Source: an uncultured Pseudomonadales bacterium
GTDB taxonomy: Bacteria > Patescibacteriota > Microgenomatia > UBA1400 > MFAQ01
Assembly: GCA_964509695.1 (NCBI GenBank)
Contig: CAZDXN010000003.1
Coordinates: forward strand, 1 to 55,428
Length of the DNA: 55,428 nucleotides
Direction of reading: 5' to 3'
The position numbers were made by a program, and so were the translations under genes. How positions within the stretch are numbered: position 1 is the first letter of the stretch; each line of letters starts with the position of its first letter. Of the stretch, positions 35,428-44,470 are shown piece by piece. The notes under the pieces were generated by a model. It was not told where the DNA came from and made no database searches. It worked only from the letters and a program-made list of their open reading frames with translations.

Positions 35428-36042
35428 ATGGTGGATTTGAGGAAGTTAGATCCAGCGAGGGCGAATCTAGATCACGAGAAATCGAGAATTAGATGGGTGA
35501 ATCTTTCCGACCCTGAGGAGAAGAAGCGTCTCTGGGAGATCGAGACGGATTCTCTGGTGGCCAAATATGTCGAAGACTTGGCCGAAACCGAGGATGAATT
35601 GATTGAGTTTACGACCATGGAAAAAGATTACTTGGTGTTGGCCGTCGAGGGGAAAAGCGGGCACGTAGAGGAATCTGAGGTGGGGAAATTGCAGGGCTGG
35701 GTTACGATTTATCCTGAGGATAAGAGAAGGTTGGCGAGGCTCCAAAAACAAGGTTTGATCGACTTATTCAAAGAAGATTTGAGAATTCTGGAAATAGGAT
35801 TCGCCAAACATCCATTGGCAAAACCGGGGCAGATTGCCAGCGCTATCAGACAGGCGATGGATTTGCTTCGTGAGGCGCACAAGCAGGATGGAGGACAAGC
35901 TCTCGTGATAACGGCCTATGCCGATGAAGCGAACGAAGCGTCAACGAGAGTCCTCTTGGCGGCCGGTTTTTCCCTCAAGGGGAAGGTGAAGTATCACCTA
36001 AAGAATATCAGTCACGACAATTTTTTTATTTTATTTGGCTGA
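35428..36042 (+). CDS. GNAT-family acetyltransferase-like protein
   Basis: LQGWVTIY, EIGFAKH and NEASTRVLLAAGFSLKG (GNAT motif). Confidence 0.75.
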   Translation: MVDLRKLDPARANLDHEKSRIRWVNLSDPEEKKRLWEIETDSLVAKYVEDLAETEDELIEFTTMEKDYLVLAVEGKSGHVEESEVGKLQGWVTIYPEDKRRLARLQKQGLIDLFKEDLRILEIGFAKHPLAKPGQIASAIRQAMDLLREAHKQDGGQALVITAYADEANEASTRVLLAAGFSLKGKVKYHLKNISHDNFFILFG

Positions 36043-36316
36043 CGAAGAGGGTGGTGCCGGAGTACTGGCCGGTGACGGTGACGGTTTTGTCGACGTAGTC
36101 TTTCAGACTGACCTGCCGGCTATCCAGCTCGACGGGAGCTTTCCCAACAACATTTAGAGAAAAAATTGTGCCGGCCTGGATAAGGCTGCCCGTCAGGGTG
36201 ACGTCAGGACTTTCACTGGTCGTATCTGCCGGCTGAGCGACGAAGGCGGAACAGCCGCCGAAGAAGATGGAGGAGGCTAATAGGGAGGAGAGAAGGAGCG
36301 TCTTTCTTTTGGTCAT
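36026..36316 (-). CDS. Small lipoprotein, OB-fold-like
   Basis: FGGC lipobox; VSLKDYVDKTVTVTG. Confidence 0.75.
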   Translation of the reverse strand: MTKRKTLLLSSLLASSIFFGGCSAFVAQPADTTSESPDVTLTGSLIQAGTIFSLNVVGKAPVELDSRQVSLKDYVDKTVTVTGQYSGTTLFVSQIK

Positions 36317-36362
36317 AGTTCCAATGTAAAATATAAGCTGTCCTTTATCAAGGGCGCGATTC

Positions 36363-36438
36363 GCCGAGATAGCTCAGTTGGCAGAGCACGTTCTTGGTAA
36401 GAACGGGGTCCTGGGTTCGATTCCCAGTCTCGGCTCCA
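36363..36438 (+). tRNA. tRNA-Thr: tRNA-Thr (GGT)
   Basis: Cloverleaf; anticodon arm CGTTC-TTGGTAA-GAACG; CCA encoded. Confidence 0.96.
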
Positions 36439-36460
36439 CAAGTTAAAATCAGATTAGATT

Positions 36461-36543
36461 GCTGGGATGGTAGAGCGGTCAAATACGTCAGACTGTAAAT
36501 CTGATGCCTCACGGCTACGCAGGTTCGAATCCTGCTCCCAGCA
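36461..36543 (+). tRNA. tRNA-Tyr: tRNA-Tyr (GTA)
   Basis: Anticodon arm TCAGA-CTGTAAA-TCTGA; long variable arm; T-loop TTCGAAT. Confidence 0.96.
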
Positions 36544-36625
36544 CATAAACGGATTCTCACCTGCGGTTCGAGTTCCCGCGGAATACACGGGACGTCGAGT
36601 ACTCCGCCTTCTCCCAGCACATAAA
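36535..36625 (+). repeat. 15-bp direct repeat of the tRNA-Tyr 3' end
   Basis: CTCCCAGCACATAAA at 36535-49 and 36611-25. Confidence 0.8.
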
Positions 36626-36634
36626 AATGAAAGA

Positions 36635-37594
36635 CTATTGCGTGAAACTGAGAGCCTGTTTGATTAAGCTGCCAATTTCGACGACCAGATTGTATTCTTT
36701 TTGAGGTGCGGTACGGGTGGGGTTACTAAAGCCCTCTCCCGCACTCATCTCGTAGTCGAAATCTGATACTATTCTGCTGATGGTACAACCCTTTCCCAAA
36801 GCAATTTTGACATTCGGTCCTAGGATAATAAGGATCGCGACCTTAAGATCGTCATCTGCGGTCAGAGTCGTATTGGCGCCAACGATTATACGTTCTATTT
36901 GGCAGTTATTCTTCATGGATAGGGTTCCGGCGTTGGGAATGACTATCTTTCCCCAGATTTTCGCACTCGAGCCCAAAATAATTTCTTTGGCAGTAAGACC
37001 CCCGTCCGAATCGAGCATTAACAGATCCAATCCAAAGACTTGAATCTTGTTTTTGGCCACGACAACATTTATCCTTGTTTCTGTACCAAGTTCGACCTGA
37101 TTGCCTGAAATTCTCTTGACTCTAGACTGGTTGCCGATTGTAATCTTCCCGCCGGAGATTCTTTCGGAGTTGGATCCGTTGCCCAGCTTGACATCAGCAC
37201 CACCAAAGGTGGGAATTAGTTCGTCCGGATCGACTTTTGGGGCGTCGCCATTAATTTCGGGTGGAAGGGTATAGTAGGGATTGTCGGTGACGTCGACTTT
37301 GTAGGCTGCGCGGCCTTGATTGCAGGCGCGACAATGAGATTGGGTGGGGCCATCGAATGGGTTGCCACAATTATCACAGGTAGTTGGGATGGCAGACTCG
37401 GGGAGATCGTCAGGGAAGGTACGGTAGGCGCGGTCTGATTGGAGAGCGTATCTTAAGGCTGGAGAAAGATTATCAAGGAGTTTCGACCTATCTTTGATGA
37501 TCGGAGGTATTGAGGTAGTTTCTATCGGCCTCGGTGTTTGCGCAGGTTTTGACGCCTTTTTTTTACGACTAAAAATTTCGGAGAATCTTGGCAT
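36635..37594 (-). CDS. Hypothetical protein: Zn-ribbon plus beta-helix-like repeats
   Basis: CDNC..CRAC; repeated xIxxGxxxxI beta-solenoid pattern. Confidence 0.75.
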   Translation of the reverse strand: MPRFSEIFSRKKKASKPAQTPRPIETTSIPPIIKDRSKLLDNLSPALRYALQSDRAYRTFPDDLPESAIPTTCDNCGNPFDGPTQSHCRACNQGRAAYKVDVTDNPYYTLPPEINGDAPKVDPDELIPTFGGADVKLGNGSNSERISGGKITIGNQSRVKRISGNQVELGTETRINVVVAKNKIQVFGLDLLMLDSDGGLTAKEIILGSSAKIWGKIVIPNAGTLSMKNNCQIERIIVGANTTLTADDDLKVAILIILGPNVKIALGKGCTISRIVSDFDYEMSAGEGFSNPTRTAPQKEYNLVVEIGSLIKQALSFTQ

Positions 37595-37670
37595 GTTGAA
37601 CGAGATTGTATTACGGGATACTCAATCAGTCAATGAGAACGGGACGGGTGTGTTTTTGAATTACTTCCTG

Positions 37671-37781
37671 TGTCATCGCGAGGGAGCGATAGCGACCGTG
37701 GCGATCCATATAGATTGCCGCACGCGTGTACCTGCCCCAATCGCTGCGCTCAAGGCGTTGCAGGCGGGCGCTCGCAATGAC
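37671..37781. repeat. Complete GTCATCGCGAG..GCAATGAC palindromic element with a nested insert
   Basis: TGTCATCGCGAGGGAGCGATAGCGACCGTGGCGATCC..GATTGCC..CTCGCAATGAC. Confidence 0.85.
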
Positions 37782-37786
37782 GGAAA

Positions 37787-38749
37787 CTAGAGGGATTTGT
37801 AGAGGATTTTTTTGGTGGCGGCGTCGATTTGGACGACGAAGGGTTGACTGTTGTCGCCGGATTTGAAGCTGATTTGCCAGAGGGTGGCGCTGGACCTGTC
37901 CTGAGCGGAGCCGAAGGGCTTTATATATTGACCGGAAATAGAGGTGGTGGTGCAGTTGAAGGTTGTAGGGCAGACAGCGGTGGAGATGCTCACGGCCTCA
38001 GGCAGATCGATACCCAGCTGAGAATTGGCAGCAAGCTGGTTAAGTGAAGGGGTGAGGGTGTTTTCGGCGACGGTGACTTGCTGGTCAACGACGACGAGGT
38101 CTTTGTTTGGTTCGGCCATGACGTAAAGATATTTTTTGTCCGTAGGGGTCTGTCTGAACCAGTATTTGATGACGGCGAGGGTTGGATCCTGAAAGTTCTC
38201 GGTTTTGATCATGATGAGTTGAGCGGATGGGTATTGTTTTTGAGCGGTGGCGATGACTGTCTGAATGTCGCCAAAAACTTTTCCGGTGGCACTGGCTGTA
38301 GCGGTTGGAGAAGGAGTGGTAATAGGCGTCTGTGTGATGGTCAGGTTAGGGGCGGGGGTTTGAGTCGGGATAATCTGATTTTCTTTGATTTGCTGCTGTT
38401 GCATGGTTTGGGTGATTTGGGTGAGCTGGGCGTTGAGACTCTTGGTTTGTTGGTAGAAGAAGTAGGTGGCGGCGATGGCGCCAATTGAAATAAGAAGAAG
38501 CAGGGCGGTGACGACGGGGAAGGGTTTTCTGGCCGATGTGGGCATGGTCGCGGGAATCTGAGCCGCTGGTTCCGGGGCTATTACCTCAATGGGTTCTGGG
38601 ACTGAATTGGGAATCTCCTCAATTATGGGCTGTGCCGAAAGATCCGCCGATTTGGCGGACAGGTCAGGAGCGACGGCATCAGTGAGTTGGATTTCGGGGG
38701 TAGTTTGGACAGGCTGAGGGAAAGACCCCGTGGTTGGATCGTTGGGCAT
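37787..38749 (-). CDS. Membrane-anchored hypothetical protein with a PepSY-like C-terminus
   Basis: TM helix, Q/T/P linker, WQISF..VVQIDAATKKIL; two in-frame palindromes at 37895-918 and 38642-60. Confidence 0.8.
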   Translation of the reverse strand: MPNDPTTGSFPQPVQTTPEIQLTDAVAPDLSAKSADLSAQPIIEEIPNSVPEPIEVIAPEPAAQIPATMPTSARKPFPVVTALLLLISIGAIAATYFFYQQTKSLNAQLTQITQTMQQQQIKENQIIPTQTPAPNLTITQTPITTPSPTATASATGKVFGDIQTVIATAQKQYPSAQLIMIKTENFQDPTLAVIKYWFRQTPTDKKYLYVMAEPNKDLVVVDQQVTVAENTLTPSLNQLAANSQLGIDLPEAVSISTAVCPTTFNCTTTSISGQYIKPFGSAQDRSSATLWQISFKSGDNSQPFVVQIDAATKKILYKSL

Positions 38750-38781
38750 TGATTAAGTATCGCAATTAATTTGCGCCAATG

Positions 38782-39396
38782 TCAAGAGAGGTTGAGATAG
38801 AGGTTGTCGCCGATGACGGTGGATTTGATATCGGAGAAGCCAGTTTGTTTGGCTAGATTAGCCAGTTCGTCGGCGGTGAAGGAATAAAAATCGCGGGAGG
38901 GACCGGAGTGGAAGGGAATTGACAGGTGTTTTGAGTTGGTGCGAAAACGGTCGAACTTGGGTTGGTCCAGACGCCAGACAGAAATGAGACAGGAGCCAGT
39001 TGAATTGAGATGCTGCTTTATATTTCGGAGTAGTTTGATGTGGTCGTCTGGGGAGGGGAGATGATGAAAGACGGCGAGAGCGGCGACAAAATCGAATTGC
39101 CCGAGTTCGTCCCAAATGGACTGGTCAAGAATGTCAGCCAGAATGAATTTGCCTACAGGGTCAGACCCCGTAGCTTCTTTGATGAGAACGGCGCTGAAAT
39201 CGAGGCCGGTGTAGGTGACGGTTTTGGGTAGGGCCGTTAGGAGGACGCCATTGCCGCAGCCCAGATCGAGGACGGAGGCGTTTGATTCGAGTTTGGGAAG
39301 CAGAGGAATCACCTCCGGCGACAATTTCTGTCTGGTTGCGCTAAAATTAAGGCCGATTTGGTCGTACGTAGAGGCGATTTTTTGTGAATCAAACAT
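38782..39396 (-). CDS. Class I SAM-dependent methyltransferase
   Basis: VLDLGCGNG, YTGLDFS, FDFVAALAVFHH; TATAAT is 7 nt before ATG 39396. Confidence 0.92.
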   Translation of the reverse strand: MFDSQKIASTYDQIGLNFSATRQKLSPEVIPLLPKLESNASVLDLGCGNGVLLTALPKTVTYTGLDFSAVLIKEATGSDPVGKFILADILDQSIWDELGQFDFVAALAVFHHLPSPDDHIKLLRNIKQHLNSTGSCLISVWRLDQPKFDRFRTNSKHLSIPFHSGPSRDFYSFTADELANLAKQTGFSDIKSTVIGDNLYLNLS

Positions 39397-40861
39397 GAAA
39401 CATATTATAAAGCCAGTGATAAAGCCGGGGCGGTCGATGTCCGGGGTGACGCCGCTGGCGGCGATGATGAAGCCGTTCAATTGTCCGGGGGAGTGTATCT
39501 ACTGCCCGCTGGAGTTAAACATGCCCAAGAGCTACCTTTCGGACGAACCGGCGGCTCAGAGGGCGAAGAAACTGAATTTTGACGCCAGGGCCCAGATCTC
39601 CCAGCGGTTGGAACAACTGAAGATGAACGGCCATCCGACGGACAAGCTGGAGATTATCGTGGTTGGGGGAACGTACTCGGCTTACCCGACCGATTACAAA
39701 ATTTGGTTTATTGGCGAGATTTATCGAGCCGCAAACGAAACAAAAAGACCTCTCCCTCTTCTCCCCCAATTACCTCACCCCACCCCTCCCCTTGATAAGG
39801 GGAGGGAGAAGAGGGAGAGGTGTGAGTGGGAAGAGAAGGTTTTGGCTGAAATAAAAATAAATGAAACTGCCAAACAGAGAATCGTAGCTCTTTCTGTAGA
39901 GACTAGACCTGATTGGGTGACTGAGGCTGAAGTGCGACTACTGCGAAGGCTAGGAGTGACGAAGGTCCAGCTGGGAGTACAGGCGATTGATGAAGAAATC
40001 AGTCGGATCACCAAGCGGGGGCACGGACAAGCCGAAGTGGCCGAGGCGACCAGACTCTTGCGGAATGCGGGGATGAAGATTTGCTATCACATCATGCCGA
40101 ATCTACCCGGAAGTGATCCGAAGAAAGATGTCGAGATGGCAAAACTAATCTATACCGACCCCCGGTTCATGCCAGACTACGTCAAGCTTTATCCCTGTAT
40201 GGTGATCAAGGGAACGGCCTTGTATCGACTGTGGCAGAAGGGGCAATTCAAAACCTATGACGATGAAACCTTGAAGAAGGTCCTCAAGGAAATCAGCGCC
40301 ATTACTCCCGAGTGGGTCAGAGTCGACCGGCTGATACGGGACATCTCAAAAGGTTGGGTGGGGGCAGGAAGCGTCAAAACGAACATGAGACAGGAAGTAG
40401 AACGGGAGTTGATTGCCGAGGGGAGACCTTGTCGGTGTATTAGATGTAGAGAAATTGGAGCAGGAAGTTACGAAGATACGAATTTAGAATTTAAGGCGAT
40501 TGAATTAGCAACAATTGGGGGGAGGGAAGTGTTTTTTAGTTACGAGAATGAACACAAATTGTTTGCACTCCTTCGCCTGCGACTGCCTGACCCTTCAGAG
40601 AAGATGTTGTTTCCGGAATTAAAAGAGGCGGCGATCGTTCGGGAGGTTCATTCTTATGGTCAGGCGGTGCCGCTGTCGACCCGAAGAGAAGGCAAATCTC
40701 AACACCAAGGTTTGGGGCGGCTTTTGATGGAGAAGGCCGAGGAGGAAGCGGTCAAAAACGGGTACAAAAAGTTGGCGGTCATTGCCGCCGTTGGGACGCG
40801 GGAGTACTACAAAAAATTGGGCTATGTCTTGGAAGGCTTATATATGGTGAAGACGTTCTAG
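39395..40861 (+). CDS. elp3: Elp3 family tRNA U34 acetyltransferase (radical SAM plus GNAT)
   Basis: CPGECIYCP, GHPTDKLE, SVETRPDW, VQLGVQ, RVDRLIRD, CRCIRCRE, REVHSYG and QHQGLG; palindromic insert at 39749-39826. Confidence 0.94.
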   Translation: MKHIIKPVIKPGRSMSGVTPLAAMMKPFNCPGECIYCPLELNMPKSYLSDEPAAQRAKKLNFDARAQISQRLEQLKMNGHPTDKLEIIVVGGTYSAYPTDYKIWFIGEIYRAANETKRPLPLLPQLPHPTPPLDKGREKRERCEWEEKVLAEIKINETAKQRIVALSVETRPDWVTEAEVRLLRRLGVTKVQLGVQAIDEEISRITKRGHGQAEVAEATRLLRNAGMKICYHIMPNLPGSDPKKDVEMAKLIYTDPRFMPDYVKLYPCMVIKGTALYRLWQKGQFKTYDDETLKKVLKEISAITPEWVRVDRLIRDISKGWVGAGSVKTNMRQEVERELIAEGRPCRCIRCREIGAGSYEDTNLEFKAIELATIGGREVFFSYENEHKLFALLRLRLPDPSEKMLFPELKEAAIVREVHSYGQAVPLSTRREGKSQHQGLGRLLMEKAEEEAVKNGYKKLAVIAAVGTREYYKKLGYVLEGLYMVKTF

Positions 40862-40892
40862 GGGAAATTAAAAGGTTTGGGAAAAATATAAC

Positions 40893-41651
40893 CTATTGTT
40901 TAAAAAATTGCTCCCTGCGGTAGTCCTCTCGTTTTACTAATAATGCTTTGTGAATTAAGTCAGACCGCTCAAACATTTTTTGACTTTTTCTGTCTCCATA
41001 GCCTTTCAAGGCAAAAGTTGAATGATAGGGAATCATCCCGGCCATCACTCTATTAATATCGCCGATAACTCTAGTTGCCCCTGTATCCATAAAGCTTGCT
41101 ACGGCCTCGATCATACGGGGGTCAACAAAATAGGCATGCTGATAAGTTAGTGCACCAAGTTGGGTTGAAAAAGAACGTATATTTTCTGGACTTTGTTCCG
41201 TGTTTTTTTGCAACTGATACGCGTTTTCAATAAATTCTTTTTGAAGCGCACTTCCACTTTGTTTTATTTGCTGAATGAATTTTTGATCACCAAGCACATT
41301 CTCACAAAACATACGAAAAGCTTCTAGGATCATTTCTGGTCTTTCGAAAATAATATTACAGACCTTGAGGTGTAGTCCATGTCTAGACTCGTGAAGGTAT
41401 GTGTCTGGTCGGTTGCTAAGGCGTGTCATTTGTACCTGTGGTCGCAGAGAACCATTTCTCCCATAACCGGGAGATAAAAACATTGGAGAAATTCCCCCCC
41501 CCGTAAAGTTAATTGAACTTAACAAATCCGATATTTCATCTAAGGTTAATCCAAAGAACTTAGCGGTATTATCATTTTCTAATTTTTCTTTTAGGCTTTG
41601 TAGCCTTTGGCTTGTTTCATTTGTAGTAGTATCTATCTGTCTTTCTGGCAT
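40893..41651 (-). CDS. Hypothetical protein (252 aa) with an HExxH motif
   Basis: YLHESRHGLH; AT-rich relative to its neighbours. Confidence 0.7.
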   Translation of the reverse strand: MPERQIDTTTNETSQRLQSLKEKLENDNTAKFFGLTLDEISDLLSSINFTGGGISPMFLSPGYGRNGSLRPQVQMTRLSNRPDTYLHESRHGLHLKVCNIIFERPEMILEAFRMFCENVLGDQKFIQQIKQSGSALQKEFIENAYQLQKNTEQSPENIRSFSTQLGALTYQHAYFVDPRMIEAVASFMDTGATRVIGDINRVMAGMIPYHSTFALKGYGDRKSQKMFERSDLIHKALLVKREDYRREQFFKQ

Positions 41652-41778
41652 GGTGACCCCTTTCTTGAAACCGTTAAACGACTAACTAAGGTAATTTTAA
41701 CATTTTTCGGAATGCTGCCTGTTATTGTTTTAGACCCATGGTTGATTTTGGGGGAAGAAACAATGATAATATGGTTAT

Positions 41779-42393
41779 ATGAAGAAAATTGTGTTTTCGA
41801 CAGTTTTGGGTTTGGTATTGCTTCTGACCACAGCCAAGGTGGCTGGGGCGAACGAGGGGGTGATTCAGCTAGCTGGTAAAACAGATGCCGATGGGCGGTG
41901 TTTTGCGGTTTCAATCTATGTCGATGGGAACTACAAGCTTCTGATGACCTGCCGGGGCCTCTCGATGGCTCTTGATCCGGTGTTGAACAAGTATATCGTT
42001 TGGGCCAATGTGGGGGAGAATAAGCAGAGGCTGGGTGAGATCGTGAACGGGAAGCTTTCGGCGGTGATTGGGGAGAAATTCGATTCTCTTTTTGTCACTC
42101 TCGAGTCGGATGCTTATTCGAACAAACCTTCGATCAATATGGTTTTGAATGGCAAGGTTGAGCAAATTGATTTTGGAAAAGGAGTCTTTAATTCCAGTTT
42201 GGCGCCTACAGCCATGATAACTCAGGCAGTGAAGCTGGACGATAAGGGCGTGGCTATTGTTCCCACTTCGGCGCCGACAAAGAATCTGACTGGAGCCGTA
42301 GTAGCGATTGGGAAGGCGATTTTGTTTGGATTCATCATCCTGCTGATCATTGTTGGAGTAATGAGCTTTTTGGCGCGAAGGAAGAACCTCTAG
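41779..42393 (+). CDS. Exported protein with a signal peptide and C-terminal TM anchor
   Basis: MKKIVF..AKVAGA signal; C-terminal hydrophobic helix followed by RRK. Confidence 0.85.
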   Translation: MKKIVFSTVLGLVLLLTTAKVAGANEGVIQLAGKTDADGRCFAVSIYVDGNYKLLMTCRGLSMALDPVLNKYIVWANVGENKQRLGEIVNGKLSAVIGEKFDSLFVTLESDAYSNKPSINMVLNGKVEQIDFGKGVFNSSLAPTAMITQAVKLDDKGVAIVPTSAPTKNLTGAVVAIGKAILFGFIILLIIVGVMSFLARRKNL

Positions 42394-42396
42394 AAA

Positions 42397-42428
42397 ACGA
42401 AGGTACGAATATACGAAGTTAGGAATGA
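42397..42428. repeat. 8-mer tandem array, left arm
   Basis: ACGAAGGT ACGAATAT ACGAAGTT AGGAATGA. Confidence 0.85.
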
Positions 42429-42431
42429 AGA

Positions 42432-42806
42432 ATGAGTTACGATAAAATTCAGAGTTTTCGAGATTTGCTTGTTTGGCAACAGGCTCACCAGTTGGTACTA
42501 TCGATATACAAAACAACAAAGACTTTTCCTCGGGAGGAAATGTACTCATTGGTCGATCAGATTAGGAGAGCGGTTGTGTCTGTAACCAGCAACATAGCCG
42601 AGGGTTTTGGCAGGAGGTCTTACAAGGAAAAATTACAGTTTTATAATCTAGCTATGGGTTCGTTGACGGAGGTTGAGAATCAAATTGATATCAGCCACGA
42701 CCTCGGATATATTTCTCGAGCATCATATGACGAATTCGTTGAGAGAATATTGTCGGTGAAAAAGTTACTTAATCGTTTAATGACGGCTACGAAATCTTAT
42801 TCGTAG
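42432..42806 (+). CDS. Four-helix-bundle protein (23S rRNA IVS protein / bAvd-like family)
   Basis: FRDLLVWQQAH..FPREEMYSLVDQIRRAVVSVTSNIAEG..FYNLAMGSLTEV. Confidence 0.95.
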   Translation: MSYDKIQSFRDLLVWQQAHQLVLSIYKTTKTFPREEMYSLVDQIRRAVVSVTSNIAEGFGRRSYKEKLQFYNLAMGSLTEVENQIDISHDLGYISRASYDEFVERILSVKKLLNRLMTATKSYS

Positions 42807-42836
42807 ATTCGTATATTCGTGAATTCGTAACTTCGT
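42797..42836. repeat. 8-mer tandem array, right arm (inverted relative to the left arm)
   Basis: TTATTCGT AGATTCGT ATATTCGT GAATTCGT AACTTCGT. Confidence 0.85.
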
Positions 42837-42842
42837 TGGCTT

Positions 42843-43436
42843 TTAGCCGAGGAGGAGGTGCGAGATAAAGGCAATAGCGGGGGAAATCAGAGAGATCACT
42901 GGAGACGTGCCGAAGAGGGGGAGAATCATGAAGATGAGGATGATGGTGCCGTAGCGGCTCATGACGGCTTGATATTCGTAGGCAAGATCGCGAGGAAGGA
43001 TGGCGGCGAGGATTTTCTCACCATCAAGAGGATAGACGGGGACGAGATTGAAGATGGCCAGGGAGATATTCAAAATAATGACGGCGTAAAAAAAGGGAAA
43101 AAGGTAAATTGGCAGAGGGAATAGTCGAAGGCCAAGACTAAGAAGAATGGCCAGAAGGAGATTACTGGCAGGACCAGCGATGGAAATGATTCCGGCGTCG
43201 CGTCTAGGGTGGGCGAGGTTGTATGGGTCGAAGATAACAGGCTTGCCCCAACCGAAGTGAACCAAGAAAAGCATGAGTGTCCCCAAGGGGTCAAGGTGGG
43301 CGAGAGGATTTAAGGTGAGCCGGCCTTGTGACCGCGGGGTGGGGTCACCCAGCCGATCGGCGGCCAGAGCGTGAGAGAACTCGTGGATGGTGATAGCGAT
43401 GACGAGTCCAAAAACCAGATAAAGTGTTTCAACCAT
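42843..43436 (-). CDS. Site-2 protease family (M50) membrane metalloprotease
   Basis: IHEFSHA, NPLAHLD, AGPASN and FNLVPVYPLDG. Confidence 0.95.
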   Translation of the reverse strand: MVETLYLVFGLVIAITIHEFSHALAADRLGDPTPRSQGRLTLNPLAHLDPLGTLMLFLVHFGWGKPVIFDPYNLAHPRRDAGIISIAGPASNLLLAILLSLGLRLFPLPIYLFPFFYAVIILNISLAIFNLVPVYPLDGEKILAAILPRDLAYEYQAVMSRYGTIILIFMILPLFGTSPVISLISPAIAFISHLLLG

Positions 43437-43473
43437 GGATAAAGTATACAGGAATATGTTAGAATATGTGCCT

Positions 43474-43704
43474 ATGGAGAAGAAGAGATATGCGTGTGAT
43501 TTTTGCGGTAAGGGGGTTCAGAACTCAAATTTGGTCAGTTTTTCGAAGAATCGGGTTCACAAAGTTCGCCGTCCGAATCTGCACGCTCACAAAATGAAGA
43601 TCGAGGGCGAGGCGGTTCATTTGAAGCTTTGTACTTCGTGCAAGAGGACGGTTCGGGCTTCTGAAAAAGTAGTGAAACCGGTGGCGGCGGTAAGTGCTCA
43701 CTGA
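43474..43704 (+). CDS. rpmB: 50S ribosomal protein L28
   Basis: CDFCGKG..NLVSFSKNRVHKVRRPNLH..LCTSCKR; TAGAAT is 8 nt before ATG 43474. Confidence 0.92.
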   Translation: MEKKRYACDFCGKGVQNSNLVSFSKNRVHKVRRPNLHAHKMKIEGEAVHLKLCTSCKRTVRASEKVVKPVAAVSAH

Positions 43705-44461
43705 CGAGACGCTTCCCAGGTTTTTGAGGCGAAATACGACGCTAGACGGCGGGTATCATCGGGAGGGATTTTCATTCGGAGATTTTTGGCCGGTCGGGGA
43801 TTTCTTTCCCGGGATGCATTTTGGTGAGACGACACCAGGAAATGAGGTGACGGTGGTCTGTCGGAGTTTGGGTGAGCCGGTCGGGGCGGTAGTGACGGAT
43901 AAAGAGGTTAGAGTTTGTTGTGACAATCGGGTGATGGCGATTTACGATCGAAGTTCTGGGGCACTGACCAGCGCCAGCTTTAGTTTGGCGCAGGCATTTT
44001 TGGAGATGAGCCGGTATGATGTTCGAGCAAATCAGGAAACAATCAAATTTCTTGCTCAGCTGATTCGAGGTGGGGATGATCTGGCGGTGGTCATAAAATT
44101 TGATAAAGACGGTGAGGCAAGAGGAACGGTGGTTTTGTCCGATCGAGCCGGGGTTTGCCGGCCCTTGGTGGCGGCGAAAATGGTAGATCTGGTATTGGAG
44201 GAGGATGATGAGGGAGATGAGGAGACGGATGAGTTACTGCAGGCATGGCATTGTATCAGTCCTGTAGGAAAGATCGATTTTTGTGTTGGCATCAGAGTTT
44301 TTTCTTTGGACCTGATGATTTTCAACTCAACTTCCGGGGAGGTGACGCTGTTTCATGTTGCTCAGATGCTTGATTTTTCTGTTTTGGACCAAGAGAGAGT
44401 CAGTCCCGGTTTGATGTTGGATTTAGCGACAGATGCGTTTCCGGGAATGGATTGGGTGTAG
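43694..44461 (+). CDS. Hypothetical protein, tandem paralogue 1 (start uncertain)
   Basis: YDRSSGAL and GGDDLAVVIKF motifs shared with the next two ORFs. Confidence 0.75.
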   Translation: MLTDETLPRFLRRNTTLDGGYHREGFSFGDFWPVGDFFPGMHFGETTPGNEVTVVCRSLGEPVGAVVTDKEVRVCCDNRVMAIYDRSSGALTSASFSLAQAFLEMSRYDVRANQETIKFLAQLIRGGDDLAVVIKFDKDGEARGTVVLSDRAGVCRPLVAAKMVDLVLEEDDEGDEETDELLQAWHCISPVGKIDFCVGIRVFSLDLMIFNSTSGEVTLFHVAQMLDFSVLDQERVSPGLMLDLATDAFPGMDWV

Positions 44462-44470
44462 AATCGGGGA

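Noticed and set aside
42432-42806. Diversity-generating retroelement (Avd-like gene)
   Set aside because: No reverse transcriptase and no TR/VR pair differing at adenines was seen in the window.
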